IMG/VR virus record: IMGVR_UViG_3300023084_000003
DNA length: 64,000 nucleotides
Strand: one strand, 5' to 3'
Source: a virus
How positions within the stretch are numbered: the stretch's first letter is position 1; each line of letters begins with the position of its first letter. This document shows positions 37,702 through 47,462 of the stretch, piece by piece. Position numbers and translations under genes: made by a program. Under the pieces are notes generated by a model that made no database searches, was not told the origin of the DNA, and worked only from the letters and a program-made list of their open reading frames with translations.

Positions 37702-38136
37702 TAGCAATCTTTCTTCATCGTATGGCGGTACCCAATGTTCTTTAGAAGTGTCTAGAACAGCGCACTTATAAAAAGCTGGTTCTTGCCCTGTAAATTGAAT
37801 AGGACCGTAATTATCAGAAAGAACTATATTAATAGAACACTTTGTGTTATGATCTATGTGTGGTGGTACCTCAGTATTTTCTTGTTGTTTGTAAAATCTT
37901 GGCCTTACATCTTTGGAAGAAGTTACTTCCTGTATTAAGTCAGTAAGTCTTTTTACTTCCTTAAACATAAAGTTTGATAGATCCGTGACTTTTGCTTGTT
38001 CCCACGTTGGAGCATAATCAAACCAACTGCCTTTATTCCCTCCCGTTGAGAAAGGGTTGTAGTCTAAAGATTCTGCTTCTAGTAATAAGAGATCTTCGTT
38101 GTATTGTAAATTTAAGTGATATAGCATTGTACTCAT
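37636..38136 (-). CDS. 2OG-Fe(II) dioxygenase-like protein
   Basis: PPHID..CSINIVL..KEHWV..ERLLLKF; paralogous to the two preceding genes. Confidence 0.7.
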   Translation of the reverse strand: MSTMLYHLNLQYNEDLLLLEAESLDYNPFSTGGNKGSWFDYAPTWEQAKVTDLSNFMFKEVKRLTDLIQEVTSSKDVRPRFYKQQENTEVPPHIDHNTKCSINIVLSDNYGPIQFTGQEPAFYKCAVLDTSKEHWVPPYDEERLLLKFSIFDITFNDVVNSFKRTI

Positions 38137-38143
38137 ATAAATA
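38136..38143 (+). promoter_or_regulatory. T4-type late promoter
   Basis: TATAAATA upstream of the ORF at 38169. Confidence 0.6.
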
Positions 38144-38168
38144 AATAGAAATAAAAAAGAGGCGGTCT

Positions 38169-38489
38169 ATGAAAAGAGTATATTATAAGGTTAGTTTTGT
38201 TTCAGCACTAGATAGTCCTGAAGCTGGAAGAACAATAATGAATGATGCAGTGTCAAATTCTGACGCGGCAATGTGGACTAGACTATCTAATTCAGGCCTC
38301 TACTCGCACCGTACTGCAGTTAGTTTTTTCGAAGGATCAGATAGCATCATCGAAAATCAATATGACATAGAAGACTCAGTGTATGATAATCTAACAAATG
38401 GATTAGATGATGTAATCACTGATCTAAGAAATATTTTAGAAGCAAGCCCACAGATTTCTGCAGCAGAGATCACCATTACTAATCTTTAG
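38169..38489 (+). CDS. Hypothetical late protein
   Basis: ORF with late promoter and GAGG Shine-Dalgarno. Confidence 0.55.
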   Translation: MKRVYYKVSFVSALDSPEAGRTIMNDAVSNSDAAMWTRLSNSGLYSHRTAVSFFEGSDSIIENQYDIEDSVYDNLTNGLDDVITDLRNILEASPQISAAEITITNL

Positions 38490-39112
38490 CGTATATACGC
38501 CCTTCTTAATATCCTATGGCCGTCAGCATTAAAGTATGGCTTACGTCTATGGATAGTAGAATGGTTTGCATACACTGCCAACTTCTTAGGTTTCCAATAT
38601 ACTTCTTTTGGTTCTCGTGTTAAGAAGATCTGACTTAGTTCCTCATTAATTTCTTCTGGCAAAATTGTAAAAGGGCACCACCTCGCATAATATCCTTTTT
38701 CATCTTTTTGAATAAGAGGAGTTTTTCCTCTATAAGCTTTCATTCTATATAAACGTTCTTGAGCCTTTGTTTCAAAAATAAAGAATTTGCCAGCGTTCAT
38801 AGGTTTGGAAAAATCTAATCCAGTTTCGATGTCAATGTATTTTTTAGCAACATCTTCATCCAATCGAGTAGAAATATATTGTGTTGCAGGGCATGCCTCT
38901 TCAGCTTCCTCGCACCACAGAGCTGCATATTTTGGAAAATCAACTACGTGAGATCCGTCTTGATGCCACTCTTGATCTGGAACAGTAGCAGTCTCGTGAG
39001 ATGTTACAGTTCCTAGATTGAGATCCGTTTGAACATTTCCAAATTGCTTGCAAATTTCTATAGCTTCGTCAAACGAGTTTACGTTTTCGTATTCATATAA
39101 TTCAATTGTCAT
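38486..39112 (-). CDS. TauD/TfdA-family dioxygenase
   Basis: EWHQDG, ATQYIS, WKPKKLAVYANHSTIHRR. Confidence 0.75.
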   Translation of the reverse strand: MTIELYEYENVNSFDEAIEICKQFGNVQTDLNLGTVTSHETATVPDQEWHQDGSHVVDFPKYAALWCEEAEEACPATQYISTRLDEDVAKKYIDIETGLDFSKPMNAGKFFIFETKAQERLYRMKAYRGKTPLIQKDEKGYYARWCPFTILPEEINEELSQIFLTREPKEVYWKPKKLAVYANHSTIHRRKPYFNADGHRILRRAYIR

Positions 39113-39926
39113 AGTAAAACGCCGTCCTATATAGTTCTCTTTCTTCGGGTCCTAAAAGCGCATTTTCTCTTTTATGGATAGTCGTAATTTGATCCATAAA
39201 CATGATATCGCCTTCTTCCCATTCATGACGATAGATATACTTTGGTTGCATTAATCTATCGATCAATTCTTGTTTATGTTTAAAATCATCCATCAACGGA
39301 TATGGAAAGTACAAAACTTTTTGTTTAGTGATGGGATGAATTTGTACAATTTTCTTTTTAACACTAATTAGCCATCTGCCGTTCTTTAATTGTTTAGCTC
39401 TCATTTTAGGATGTTTTTGCATTGTCATAAGACCATCACGAGATCTAAAGTTGTATTCATCTAATCTTCTATGATCTTCTACATCGTGACCATCTTTACC
39501 CGTATAGATGCCACCATTACCAGAAACATTCTTGTAGTTTGTAATAGTAACTTCTACGTCGTCCAATTCATCTTTTAAAGTCTGCGGTAAATCGTTATAC
39601 ATTTTTGTAGAATACGCTACGATTGTAGGAGCATCTTTAATAACCTTTTTACCATAAAGAGCAACGACCTCTTCTGGATCTAGGCAGCAAGCGCTATTAC
39701 AGTGCCACTCTAGTTCTCCTTGGCTAAACAATCCTCTCTTACCATTTTCTAATGTTTTATTTGTAATTCTAAACAACGCTGGAAATTTTGGATGACGTAC
39801 AAACCAGTTGTCGGTTAGATGTTTTCCTAGACCAAGAACATAATCGTTGAATTCTTGATCTGACATAGTCTGATTTTTAAGTACTGCAGTACCATTTTCA
39901 GCTAATTCTTTTATTACGTCATGCAT
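39102..39926 (-). CDS. TauD/TfdA-family dioxygenase (HxN variant)
   Basis: EWHCN, HEWEEGDIMFMDQITTIHKR, RELYR. Confidence 0.75.
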   Translation of the reverse strand: MHDVIKELAENGTAVLKNQTMSDQEFNDYVLGLGKHLTDNWFVRHPKFPALFRITNKTLENGKRGLFSQGELEWHCNSACCLDPEEVVALYGKKVIKDAPTIVAYSTKMYNDLPQTLKDELDDVEVTITNYKNVSGNGGIYTGKDGHDVEDHRRLDEYNFRSRDGLMTMQKHPKMRAKQLKNGRWLISVKKKIVQIHPITKQKVLYFPYPLMDDFKHKQELIDRLMQPKYIYRHEWEEGDIMFMDQITTIHKRENALLGPEERELYRTAFYYDN

Positions 39927-40737
39927 TTACAATCTCCTCAATTGCCGGTATATAAAGCCTCTTAGCAACTATTTCATGAGCTTCTTCTGTAAAGTGTGCC
40001 CATTCATCTTCGAACATTGTGCTGTAGTCTTCAAAGTTATTCAAGACCCAGTGAAACGGGTTTTCTGTTAAAAAATTATCTTCATTCACATAAAAAGGAA
40101 AAGGTCCTATAGTATGAATATACTTATACGGACACTTTACCGCTGATTCGAACAGTAATAAATCTTTAGCAGCTTTCTTTCTATAATAACTAGACAATCT
40201 GACATCATTAGAAAAATTTACAACAGTATCAAAATCTTTTCTATTTTCAGCTCTTCTCTTGAAGGCATCGTATAAGGTAAGATTTGAATTTGGTATTTGC
40301 TGAGCCTGCAACCATTTAGCATAATCTATTTTTTGTTTCTTATCTATCAACATTACAGCTTCTGCTGGCATGGTAGACGGCAATTCGAAAATTTCAGGAG
40401 GAATATAGCCTCCGATTGGAACAACACCCTTGAAAGATTTATAAATCACTTCTGAGTAATTATCTCGCTCTATGATAGAATCAATTTCTATCTCTCGCGT
40501 CTCTGTAGCCACTGGTATAGAAAATCTATACCAAGGAGGCAGGTCTGCTATAACAAGGTCCGGATTCCAATCTTCATTGACTTTGTATTCGTCATAGATA
40601 TGATCGGGCGTAATTCCTCTTAGCGCAGCATTTCTTACTTGAATGTTTGGAAAATGTTCTGCAACCCACTCTGGCCAGCATTTTAGTGGGGGTCTACAGC
40701 TATTGGACGTACCCAATATCAGTATTTTCTTCATCAT
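39919..40737 (-). CDS. SGNH/GDSL hydrolase-like protein
   Basis: ILGTSNS (block I), NAALRG (block II), C-terminal AHF..EAH. Confidence 0.55.
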   Translation of the reverse strand: MMKKILILGTSNSCRPPLKCWPEWVAEHFPNIQVRNAALRGITPDHIYDEYKVNEDWNPDLVIADLPPWYRFSIPVATETREIEIDSIIERDNYSEVIYKSFKGVVPIGGYIPPEIFELPSTMPAEAVMLIDKKQKIDYAKWLQAQQIPNSNLTLYDAFKRRAENRKDFDTVVNFSNDVRLSSYYRKKAAKDLLLFESAVKCPYKYIHTIGPFPFYVNEDNFLTENPFHWVLNNFEDYSTMFEDEWAHFTEEAHEIVAKRLYIPAIEEIVNA

Positions 40738-41746
40738 TTAAAACTCCATAAGGTATCAATACATCAAATGTAGTACCCTCTACACTATGAGTATATCGTT
40801 CATTGTCAAACTGCATAATGTTATATTTATTATTGCAGCTCGTGGTAGTAGAAAAAACGTTTTCTTTTATCTTAAATCCAGACCAATCGCCTTTTAACTT
40901 TATTTTCATATGTACTGGAAAGGCCTTTGCTTCTACACTTGCATCCCGATGCTCAGGAACATCGGCATAGACTCTAGCAAGCATCACCTTGTACAATTTT
41001 TTATAATACTTTCTTTCTATATATTTGATAACCGTGTGGTCAGGTATCATCTCAGTTAAATTTATAACGTTAATGATGGACTCATCTGACAACCACGTGT
41101 GATCGTTGACATCTAATCCCTTATTATCTAGCAACTTAGACAAACCGAGTTCATACTTTTTAAACTCTGGATCATAACCTTGCTTAATCATTGGAGGCAG
41201 ATTCAACGCGTAATCACTTTTCTCATTTAGTATCACTTGACAAACTCTTTGCTTAGTGTCATTGATGTTGTAATATCCATCCAAAGTTTTACTAGAACAG
41301 TTGTGTGGTTTTAGATATGGTAAGGAATATTCCGAAATCTGCTGAAAGAATATATCGCGTGATATATTCTCCATAGACCAGAACAAACCAGACAATCCGT
41401 GTTCCCTTGCTACTCTAATTTGATTTGGTATCAAATAATCCCAGTTCGGTCTAAATCTTTTTTTCCTATGCCATCTGTCTGAATACTTAGGTGGAACATA
41501 ATATCTAGAGCTTACTCGTCCAATGTCGTCTGTTATACGTTGAAGTCCAGACATACATACAATCTCTAGATTTTCCATGTTTATTAAGACATCGTATGTT
41601 AACATTTGATCCAGTCTTAATCTTTCCATAGTATAATTATATTTCAACGCCATTTTAGATTTAGCTATGGCTTCTAGCTCTTCTTCTAGAATATCCCAAA
41701 CAAAACTAGGGCAGCTGTCTTTTAAATCGTATAGTTTAAACTCCAT
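40700..41746 (-). CDS. Fusion of GNAT-like domain and 2OG-Fe(II)-like domain
   Basis: N-terminal CMSGL..IGRVSSRYY; C-terminal PEHRD...YTHSV; likely start MEFKL. Confidence 0.5.
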   Translation of the reverse strand: MEFKLYDLKDSCPSFVWDILEEELEAIAKSKMALKYNYTMERLRLDQMLTYDVLINMENLEIVCMSGLQRITDDIGRVSSRYYVPPKYSDRWHRKKRFRPNWDYLIPNQIRVAREHGLSGLFWSMENISRDIFFQQISEYSLPYLKPHNCSSKTLDGYYNINDTKQRVCQVILNEKSDYALNLPPMIKQGYDPEFKKYELGLSKLLDNKGLDVNDHTWLSDESIINVINLTEMIPDHTVIKYIERKYYKKLYKVMLARVYADVPEHRDASVEAKAFPVHMKIKLKGDWSGFKIKENVFSTTTSCNNKYNIMQFDNERYTHSVEGTTFDVLIPYGVLNDEENTDIGYVQ

Positions 41747-42251
41747 GATGATCTGCGTGCGCTCCTTCAAACGGTGCAAATAAATTAATCCACCATCTGT
41801 TTACGGCAGATCCATCACTATGACCGAAGTAATTTAAAACACCCATTCCAATATAGCCCATAATCACAGTAGGCAAAGATATGATTACTATAGGAACAAA
41901 CATGTAAATTCCATATTTTTGAAAAAACATTATACGCGGATTTTTTAAAAGATCTTTTACTATTCTTGGAGGAATCTTGGTATCAGACCAATCAGAGATC
42001 AAGACCTTATATCCTTTGTGCTTAGGAGAATGCGGGTCTTTTTCTGTGTCATGATACTTATGATGCAACCTATGAATACCTATCCATCCCAATGGTTTAT
42101 ATACACCAATGAAAAGAGCGCAGGTGAGACTTAGCCATTCCCACCAGACTCTTCTTTTCCCTCTTCTATGAGCCCAGTATTCATGTAATCCAAACGAAGC
42201 GCCTATAGAAGCAACAACAATGTAAAACGCATACCAATATAATAGTATCAT
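41736..42251 (-). CDS. Membrane fatty-acid desaturase (short Delta9-like)
   Basis: His boxes HEYWAH, HRLHH, HADHH; DPHSP; hydrophobic segments. Confidence 0.85.
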   Translation of the reverse strand: MILLYWYAFYIVVASIGASFGLHEYWAHRRGKRRVWWEWLSLTCALFIGVYKPLGWIGIHRLHHKYHDTEKDPHSPKHKGYKVLISDWSDTKIPPRIVKDLLKNPRIMFFQKYGIYMFVPIVIISLPTVIMGYIGMGVLNYFGHSDGSAVNRWWINLFAPFEGAHADHHGV

Positions 42252-42277
42252 TTCTGTTTCCTCGCTTATGTCAATTA

Positions 42278-43987
42278 TTATTTATCAAAGACTAACCCAA
42301 AATTCTTACTGATAAAATGAGTCATTACTGTGTTTTCTCTTTTCACGATGTCCCACAGTCTTGTACTAGAAACGTCCCATTGTGCGGTACCCTTCTTAAA
42401 CGATCTAGGATCATTGACATCATGCTTGTTATGCCACATCTCGCATAGACTTTCAACAGGCACCTGATTCTTTTCTACCTTATAGGACATAATTGTTTCA
42501 TTATCATATCCAAATGCAGCTTGAATCTGCGGTGGATAGATTGAAAACTCTTTAAGCTCTTTCATCTTTGCAATCACTTCTTCTATATCACTAAAATAAT
42601 CAAGCTGCGCCATGATAGGCCTAGAAGCCATCATAATTCCCGTATTAAAAATATCGTTACCTGGTTCTAGATCTTCATCTTGTAATAAAGCGTGCGCATT
42701 CCAATATTTGCTTTGAGGGGATCTAAAATCATAGTGGTAATTTTTAAAATAGTTTGGTTTGTTTGGAAATACTTCAGCCTCTTCTTTTGTTGTTTTGTTA
42801 CAACAAAGAGCCACCTCTGCTTTCAAATAATTAAACGCGTCTACATGACTATGGAAGTATACGTCGTAATCAATATATAGAACTAGATCGTAATCGTGTG
42901 TAAGCTTGTCAAGCAACCAAACTTTGTATAGATTAATTATATCATATACTGAAAGATCTGTAAACCTTTTTGCGAACTCAATATACTGATCATCATGCCC
43001 AAACTCGATGTAATCCGCGCCAATGGCCTTTGCATACTCTGCGTGATTTTGATGCAACTGTTCTTTGTATTGGGCTAAACGCTCTTTTGTTCTTTTACTT
43101 TTATTTACAGGATCATCTTCATGTCCTCTTGGATTATCAAGCTTGTCGTCTGGTATTTCAATATAGATTGAATACACGCATTTTGTTTTATCGTTAAAAT
43201 AAGCATTAAACTTTTTGTTTACAAAATGAGCTATCTTGATCTTATTCCAATCTGGTATGACAGGATCTCGGCTTAAAATCCAATTCCATTCTTTATCCAT
43301 TATAACATAAGGTACCTTATATTTTTCCATAATATAAGAAAAGATGCTCTCATTGTTTGGATAATAGTAAGCTCTTAGAAAATGAGCGTCGTCTCTATAT
43401 ACGTTGCCATCCTTAATATTTTTAATAAGCTCTGCGGCTTCAATCATACGCTCTGAATATTTTATTTCTTTAATATGCTCTGATTTAGCAATCATGATTC
43501 CAGTATTCATCACGTGATTATCTTGACCATCTAACATGTCTTTTGTAATATGGTACTTAATCGTAGGACTGCGTTGACCAACCATCTCAAATAAAATACT
43601 CTCGAGCTCTTTATTCTTAATATCCTCATCTTGATCTATTATATGAATGCCTTTGCTTAGATCTAATTCTTCAAACACATTTTCATTCGTATTGAAGATT
43701 ACATCCATATCTACATACATCACCTCGTCATATTTTTCTGCAAGCTGAGCAAACAATACATGCTTATATAGATTCGCCTTCGTGAATTCATTATCGCCGA
43801 TATCCATATCATCCATCTGATTGTGATAGAATATCCAATCCACTCCAATCTTTTCGGCATAATCCTTTTTATTTTGGATCAACCTGTCAAAGTATTCAGA
43901 AATCATATGCTGAGCATGATCCGCCACTTGCCATCTATCTTTTGGTATGTCAATATTGTCGTATGTTGTAAAGATTACTCTCTTCAT
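42278..43987 (-). CDS. Tandem GT-A glycosyltransferase (two duplicated domains)
   Basis: YVDMDVIF/NTGIM/NNESIFSY is repeated as YIDYDVYF/NTGIM/DNETIMSY; both halves end in HF(V/I)xK. Confidence 0.75.
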   Translation of the reverse strand: MKRVIFTTYDNIDIPKDRWQVADHAQHMISEYFDRLIQNKKDYAEKIGVDWIFYHNQMDDMDIGDNEFTKANLYKHVLFAQLAEKYDEVMYVDMDVIFNTNENVFEELDLSKGIHIIDQDEDIKNKELESILFEMVGQRSPTIKYHITKDMLDGQDNHVMNTGIMIAKSEHIKEIKYSERMIEAAELIKNIKDGNVYRDDAHFLRAYYYPNNESIFSYIMEKYKVPYVIMDKEWNWILSRDPVIPDWNKIKIAHFVNKKFNAYFNDKTKCVYSIYIEIPDDKLDNPRGHEDDPVNKSKRTKERLAQYKEQLHQNHAEYAKAIGADYIEFGHDDQYIEFAKRFTDLSVYDIINLYKVWLLDKLTHDYDLVLYIDYDVYFHSHVDAFNYLKAEVALCCNKTTKEEAEVFPNKPNYFKNYHYDFRSPQSKYWNAHALLQDEDLEPGNDIFNTGIMMASRPIMAQLDYFSDIEEVIAKMKELKEFSIYPPQIQAAFGYDNETIMSYKVEKNQVPVESLCEMWHNKHDVNDPRSFKKGTAQWDVSSTRLWDIVKRENTVMTHFISKNFGLVFDK

Positions 43988-44649
43988 ATTCCAATCACCA
44001 TATATCTTGTATATTCTTCGGAGGGGCTCATTTCACCCTTATAAAATACTCTTACTAAATCTAAAGACTCTACAAAAGAATCTAGACTATCGTGAGTATT
44101 AATGTGTTCTGGTTCTGCGTGATAGTTGTTTGATTGAAAGCAAACCATCGTATTATGATCTTTAGAATTTGTGATGAGCTTAATATCGTCGGGCTCCATG
44201 TGTTCACAGCTTGTATTAATAATCAGCTGAAAAGCATCTTTTCTTTCTAAGAAATAATTAATAGCATCATCAGTTATGCCAAGATTGTTTCTACACTCGG
44301 GAATATTTTGTTTTAATTCCCAGTGAATGCGTTCACACATAGGATCTGAATCAACATTCCAGATCTTTACTTCTTCATTAATGTGTTCTCTTAGTAAAAT
44401 TCCAGTAAGACCGTACCAACTTCCCATTACCAGAATATCTTTCAAAGGTGCATATGGATAATAGTCATCAGTAAGATATTTTGAGAGCTCAGATACTAGC
44501 CATTCTTTACTGGCCATTTGTGCATCGTTAATGCTGTTTATAATATCGAACGATCTATATAAATCTTCGTCTTGGTTATATTGTGAATCTTTATAAATTC
44601 TTTCGATTTCTTGAATAGCATTCTTATAGATCAGTTCTTTGTAGTTCAT
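43984..44649 (-). CDS. Class I SAM-dependent methyltransferase-like protein
   Basis: ILVMGSWYG glycine loop, NVDSD, INTSCEHM, VCFQSNNY. Confidence 0.65.
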   Translation of the reverse strand: MNYKELIYKNAIQEIERIYKDSQYNQDEDLYRSFDIINSINDAQMASKEWLVSELSKYLTDDYYPYAPLKDILVMGSWYGLTGILLREHINEEVKIWNVDSDPMCERIHWELKQNIPECRNNLGITDDAINYFLERKDAFQLIINTSCEHMEPDDIKLITNSKDHNTMVCFQSNNYHAEPEHINTHDSLDSFVESLDLVRVFYKGEMSPSEEYTRYMVIGI

Positions 44650-45238
44650 ATTTTAATCCATTATACATATCAATTGGCGCATCCCATTCAGCAGGGTTTG
44701 CTATACTGTTTACTATTCCATTTTTAAATGTGTTGTGTGGAATCTTTTCGTGTACAAGAAACCTATCAATGCCTGGATACTTTCTCATGAAGTAATCCTT
44801 ATTAGATAGAAAGTGTTCCCATACATCATGTTGCTGTCCTGCCGTCCATGTAATTACAGAACTATTTATGTGCACGTCATAGGCATGCGGAGCCATGTAC
44901 AGATCATCTTTCCAATAATCTTTAAGTATTGTTAGACCATCCCATGTAATAAACTCAGACGGATCTCTTTTAATATCCATATCTAAATCAAAGTAAAGAC
45001 ACTTACCTTCTACAGGAAAGTCTTTACTGAACATAGCAAGCTTATTCCACCAGTATTTTAGTTTTGGTTTTTCAAATACTGGAATACATGGAATAGCTAC
45101 ACCGTAAGTATCGTCTGTATAACAATAGAATTTTGCTAATGGAAAATACTTTACTAATTGTTCTGTTAATCTGTTTACGTGTTCATAGTTATACTTATCA
45201 CCGTGTTTTACGAATATAATGTTTAACAATCCTGCCAT
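44624..45238 (-). CDS. GT-A glycosyltransferase
   Basis: VKHGDKY, YWWNKLAMF, LYFDLD (DxD), INSSV. Confidence 0.7.
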   Translation of the reverse strand: MAGLLNIIFVKHGDKYNYEHVNRLTEQLVKYFPLAKFYCYTDDTYGVAIPCIPVFEKPKLKYWWNKLAMFSKDFPVEGKCLYFDLDMDIKRDPSEFITWDGLTILKDYWKDDLYMAPHAYDVHINSSVITWTAGQQHDVWEHFLSNKDYFMRKYPGIDRFLVHEKIPHNTFKNGIVNSIANPAEWDAPIDMYNGLKYELQRTDL

Positions 45239-46299
45239 CTGAATCCTCGTATGCCATTCATAATTTCAATTTTACGATATAACTCATCGTACATAGACTG
45301 ATCAAATTCAGACACTAATCCTTGATTGACTGTATCTAATTCTTCTTGTGTTCGAGTAGTTAAATAGTTCATTTCAGGCGGATTAAATAATAGATTATAA
45401 CTTCTAAGTTCATTGTCTCCTATAAACACATGAGGATTATCAGCATAAAAATCATTGATTTCTTGCATATCAAGTATATTAAAATAAGATACAGTAGGAA
45501 CTACTTTCGGGACAATACCAGCTTCTTCGTTGAGCTTTTTAATTGTTTCTAGTGTATTGTTAAAATTAGTTCCACGTATCCATTCATATTTTCTGCCAAT
45601 ATGATCTAGACTCGCTACCATTTCTACTTTTTTAAATTTTTTTAAAGTGTTCATAAATCGTTTTGAAATTAAAGAACAATTTGATGTAAGCCACACAGTA
45701 CAATCAGGATTTACTTCTGCTAACTCTTCAAGTATTTTAGCATTTCGTAGATCAGAAAAAGGTTCACCACCTTTAATATGCAATACATGCAGATCAGGCA
45801 ATAAGCTTATAATCTTTTCAATATCAGACTCAGTCAAATTAACATGAGGCTGTTGATGATTACCAAATAAATGATCGATTGTGGCCCATTTAGTACTGAA
45901 ATAACTACTACACATTATACAAGTTTGGTTGCAAATATTGCTTGTAGTAAATTCTAAATAACTAATCTTTCCCGGCTCATATTTTCTCCATTCTGGATTC
46001 AGCCAATAGAATGCTCCAGCGTGGGTGCCATCTTTTTGTTTTATTCTTGAAGCACAATTATCGCATGCAACAGTTCCCATAATACCTTTTTCTTCAAGCT
46101 CTCGTCTTATATGCATATTCAAATCAGAGTAGGGAAAGTCTTCATATTCAGTTGCCGTAGCAATTTTGTATTCTTCTATACTATCAGTTGCAATAATTTC
46201 ATTTATGTGTCTAGTGAATACCATGCAACAAGGCTTGAGCCAACCTTGTGGATCAATTACTAGCGCATGATCTGGCCATCTACATGCGGGTATATTCAT
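45223..46299 (-). CDS. Radical SAM enzyme with N-terminal SPASM/Twitch-like domain
   Basis: CRWP..KPCC..CDNC, then CNQTCIMC and KGGEPF. Confidence 0.88.
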   Translation of the reverse strand: MNIPACRWPDHALVIDPQGWLKPCCMVFTRHINEIIATDSIEEYKIATATEYEDFPYSDLNMHIRRELEEKGIMGTVACDNCASRIKQKDGTHAGAFYWLNPEWRKYEPGKISYLEFTTSNICNQTCIMCSSYFSTKWATIDHLFGNHQQPHVNLTESDIEKIISLLPDLHVLHIKGGEPFSDLRNAKILEELAEVNPDCTVWLTSNCSLISKRFMNTLKKFKKVEMVASLDHIGRKYEWIRGTNFNNTLETIKKLNEEAGIVPKVVPTVSYFNILDMQEINDFYADNPHVFIGDNELRSYNLLFNPPEMNYLTTRTQEELDTVNQGLVSEFDQSMYDELYRKIEIMNGIRGFRWQDC

Positions 46300-47462
46300 T
46301 TCAGTCGCTCAATATATTGACGATACATTTCAATATTTTTAATGCAAATTTGTTCATCAGTACCAAACTCAATCAGAGCATTGTTTAAATAGTTTCTAAG
46401 CTTATCTAAATACTCTGGAGTCTCTTCTTCTACTGCCCAAGGTGCGATATCTTGCGGGGATGTTGTTCCACCCATAGGAGCCAAGACATGATAGGCAAAA
46501 GAAAGATTTTTTCTATTACAAAATGATACTATTTTAGGCAAAGTCCACACGTTATCTTTACTAATCACAAATGAACAACCGACATCAGCAACACCATATG
46601 ATTGAAGTTCATCTATATGTTTTAAAACCGTTTCTAAATTACCATTTCTTCTTAAATCTTGATATATCTCAGGATCAATTGAATCTAATGAAATCGTAAA
46701 TTCAGTGTTTGGCCTTTGAGCAAATTTTCTTGCGTATCCATTTAAGATACTACCGTTTGTTGTAAATTGAATGCGAAGATTTTCTGGGTTTTCCTCCTCT
46801 ACCATCTTAAGAATTTTATGTACTATTCTTTGAGCAAATGGCTCCCCGCCTGTAAAGTTTAATTTATAAACTTCATGTATAATTTCACGTAAAGATTCTA
46901 CGAAAGCATCACCAACTTCTGGATCATCATATATACTTGTAAATCTATGCGCAGTTTCTGGATTCTTCTTTACAAAATCTTCCATATGTTGAGAAGAATG
47001 ATATGGACTGCAGAATTTGCATTTATAATTACAAGTATTTGAAAGTTCTAATTCTATATCCCTTGGAACAGGATGATTTAAGTCTCTCTCACCACCTACC
47101 CAGTCTGCATCTAAACTGCTTGGAGGTTTATCTGCATCGCATTGCTCTTTGCAATACCTGCACCATTCATGCAAATCACCCATCATAGAAGCTTGACGAA
47201 TTTCTTCAAAGCCTTCATCATTTTGCCATAGATCTCTTAAGCTGTCTCCTGGTTTCCATCGTGCCTGATTGGTAAAAGGATCTTTTTCGTAAGGTGTAGT
47301 ATCTTTATGCTCTCTTACATGGCGCATAACAAAAGGGCAGACCTTTAAATTGCCTTTCTTATTAATATGAATAGCTTGAAAAGGCGCCCAACAACTTACT
47401 GTTTTATATAAAGCTGGTAGTTCGGGTCTTCTATACTTGTTAATTTTATCGACGTATTTCAT
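46296..47462 (-). CDS. Radical SAM enzyme with N-terminal SPASM/Twitch-like domain
   Basis: CWAP..KVCP..CRYC, then CNYKCKFC and TGGEPF. Confidence 0.88.
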   Translation of the reverse strand: MKYVDKINKYRRPELPALYKTVSCWAPFQAIHINKKGNLKVCPFVMRHVREHKDTTPYEKDPFTNQARWKPGDSLRDLWQNDEGFEEIRQASMMGDLHEWCRYCKEQCDADKPPSSLDADWVGGERDLNHPVPRDIELELSNTCNYKCKFCSPYHSSQHMEDFVKKNPETAHRFTSIYDDPEVGDAFVESLREIIHEVYKLNFTGGEPFAQRIVHKILKMVEEENPENLRIQFTTNGSILNGYARKFAQRPNTEFTISLDSIDPEIYQDLRRNGNLETVLKHIDELQSYGVADVGCSFVISKDNVWTLPKIVSFCNRKNLSFAYHVLAPMGGTTSPQDIAPWAVEEETPEYLDKLRNYLNNALIEFGTDEQICIKNIEMYRQYIERLK

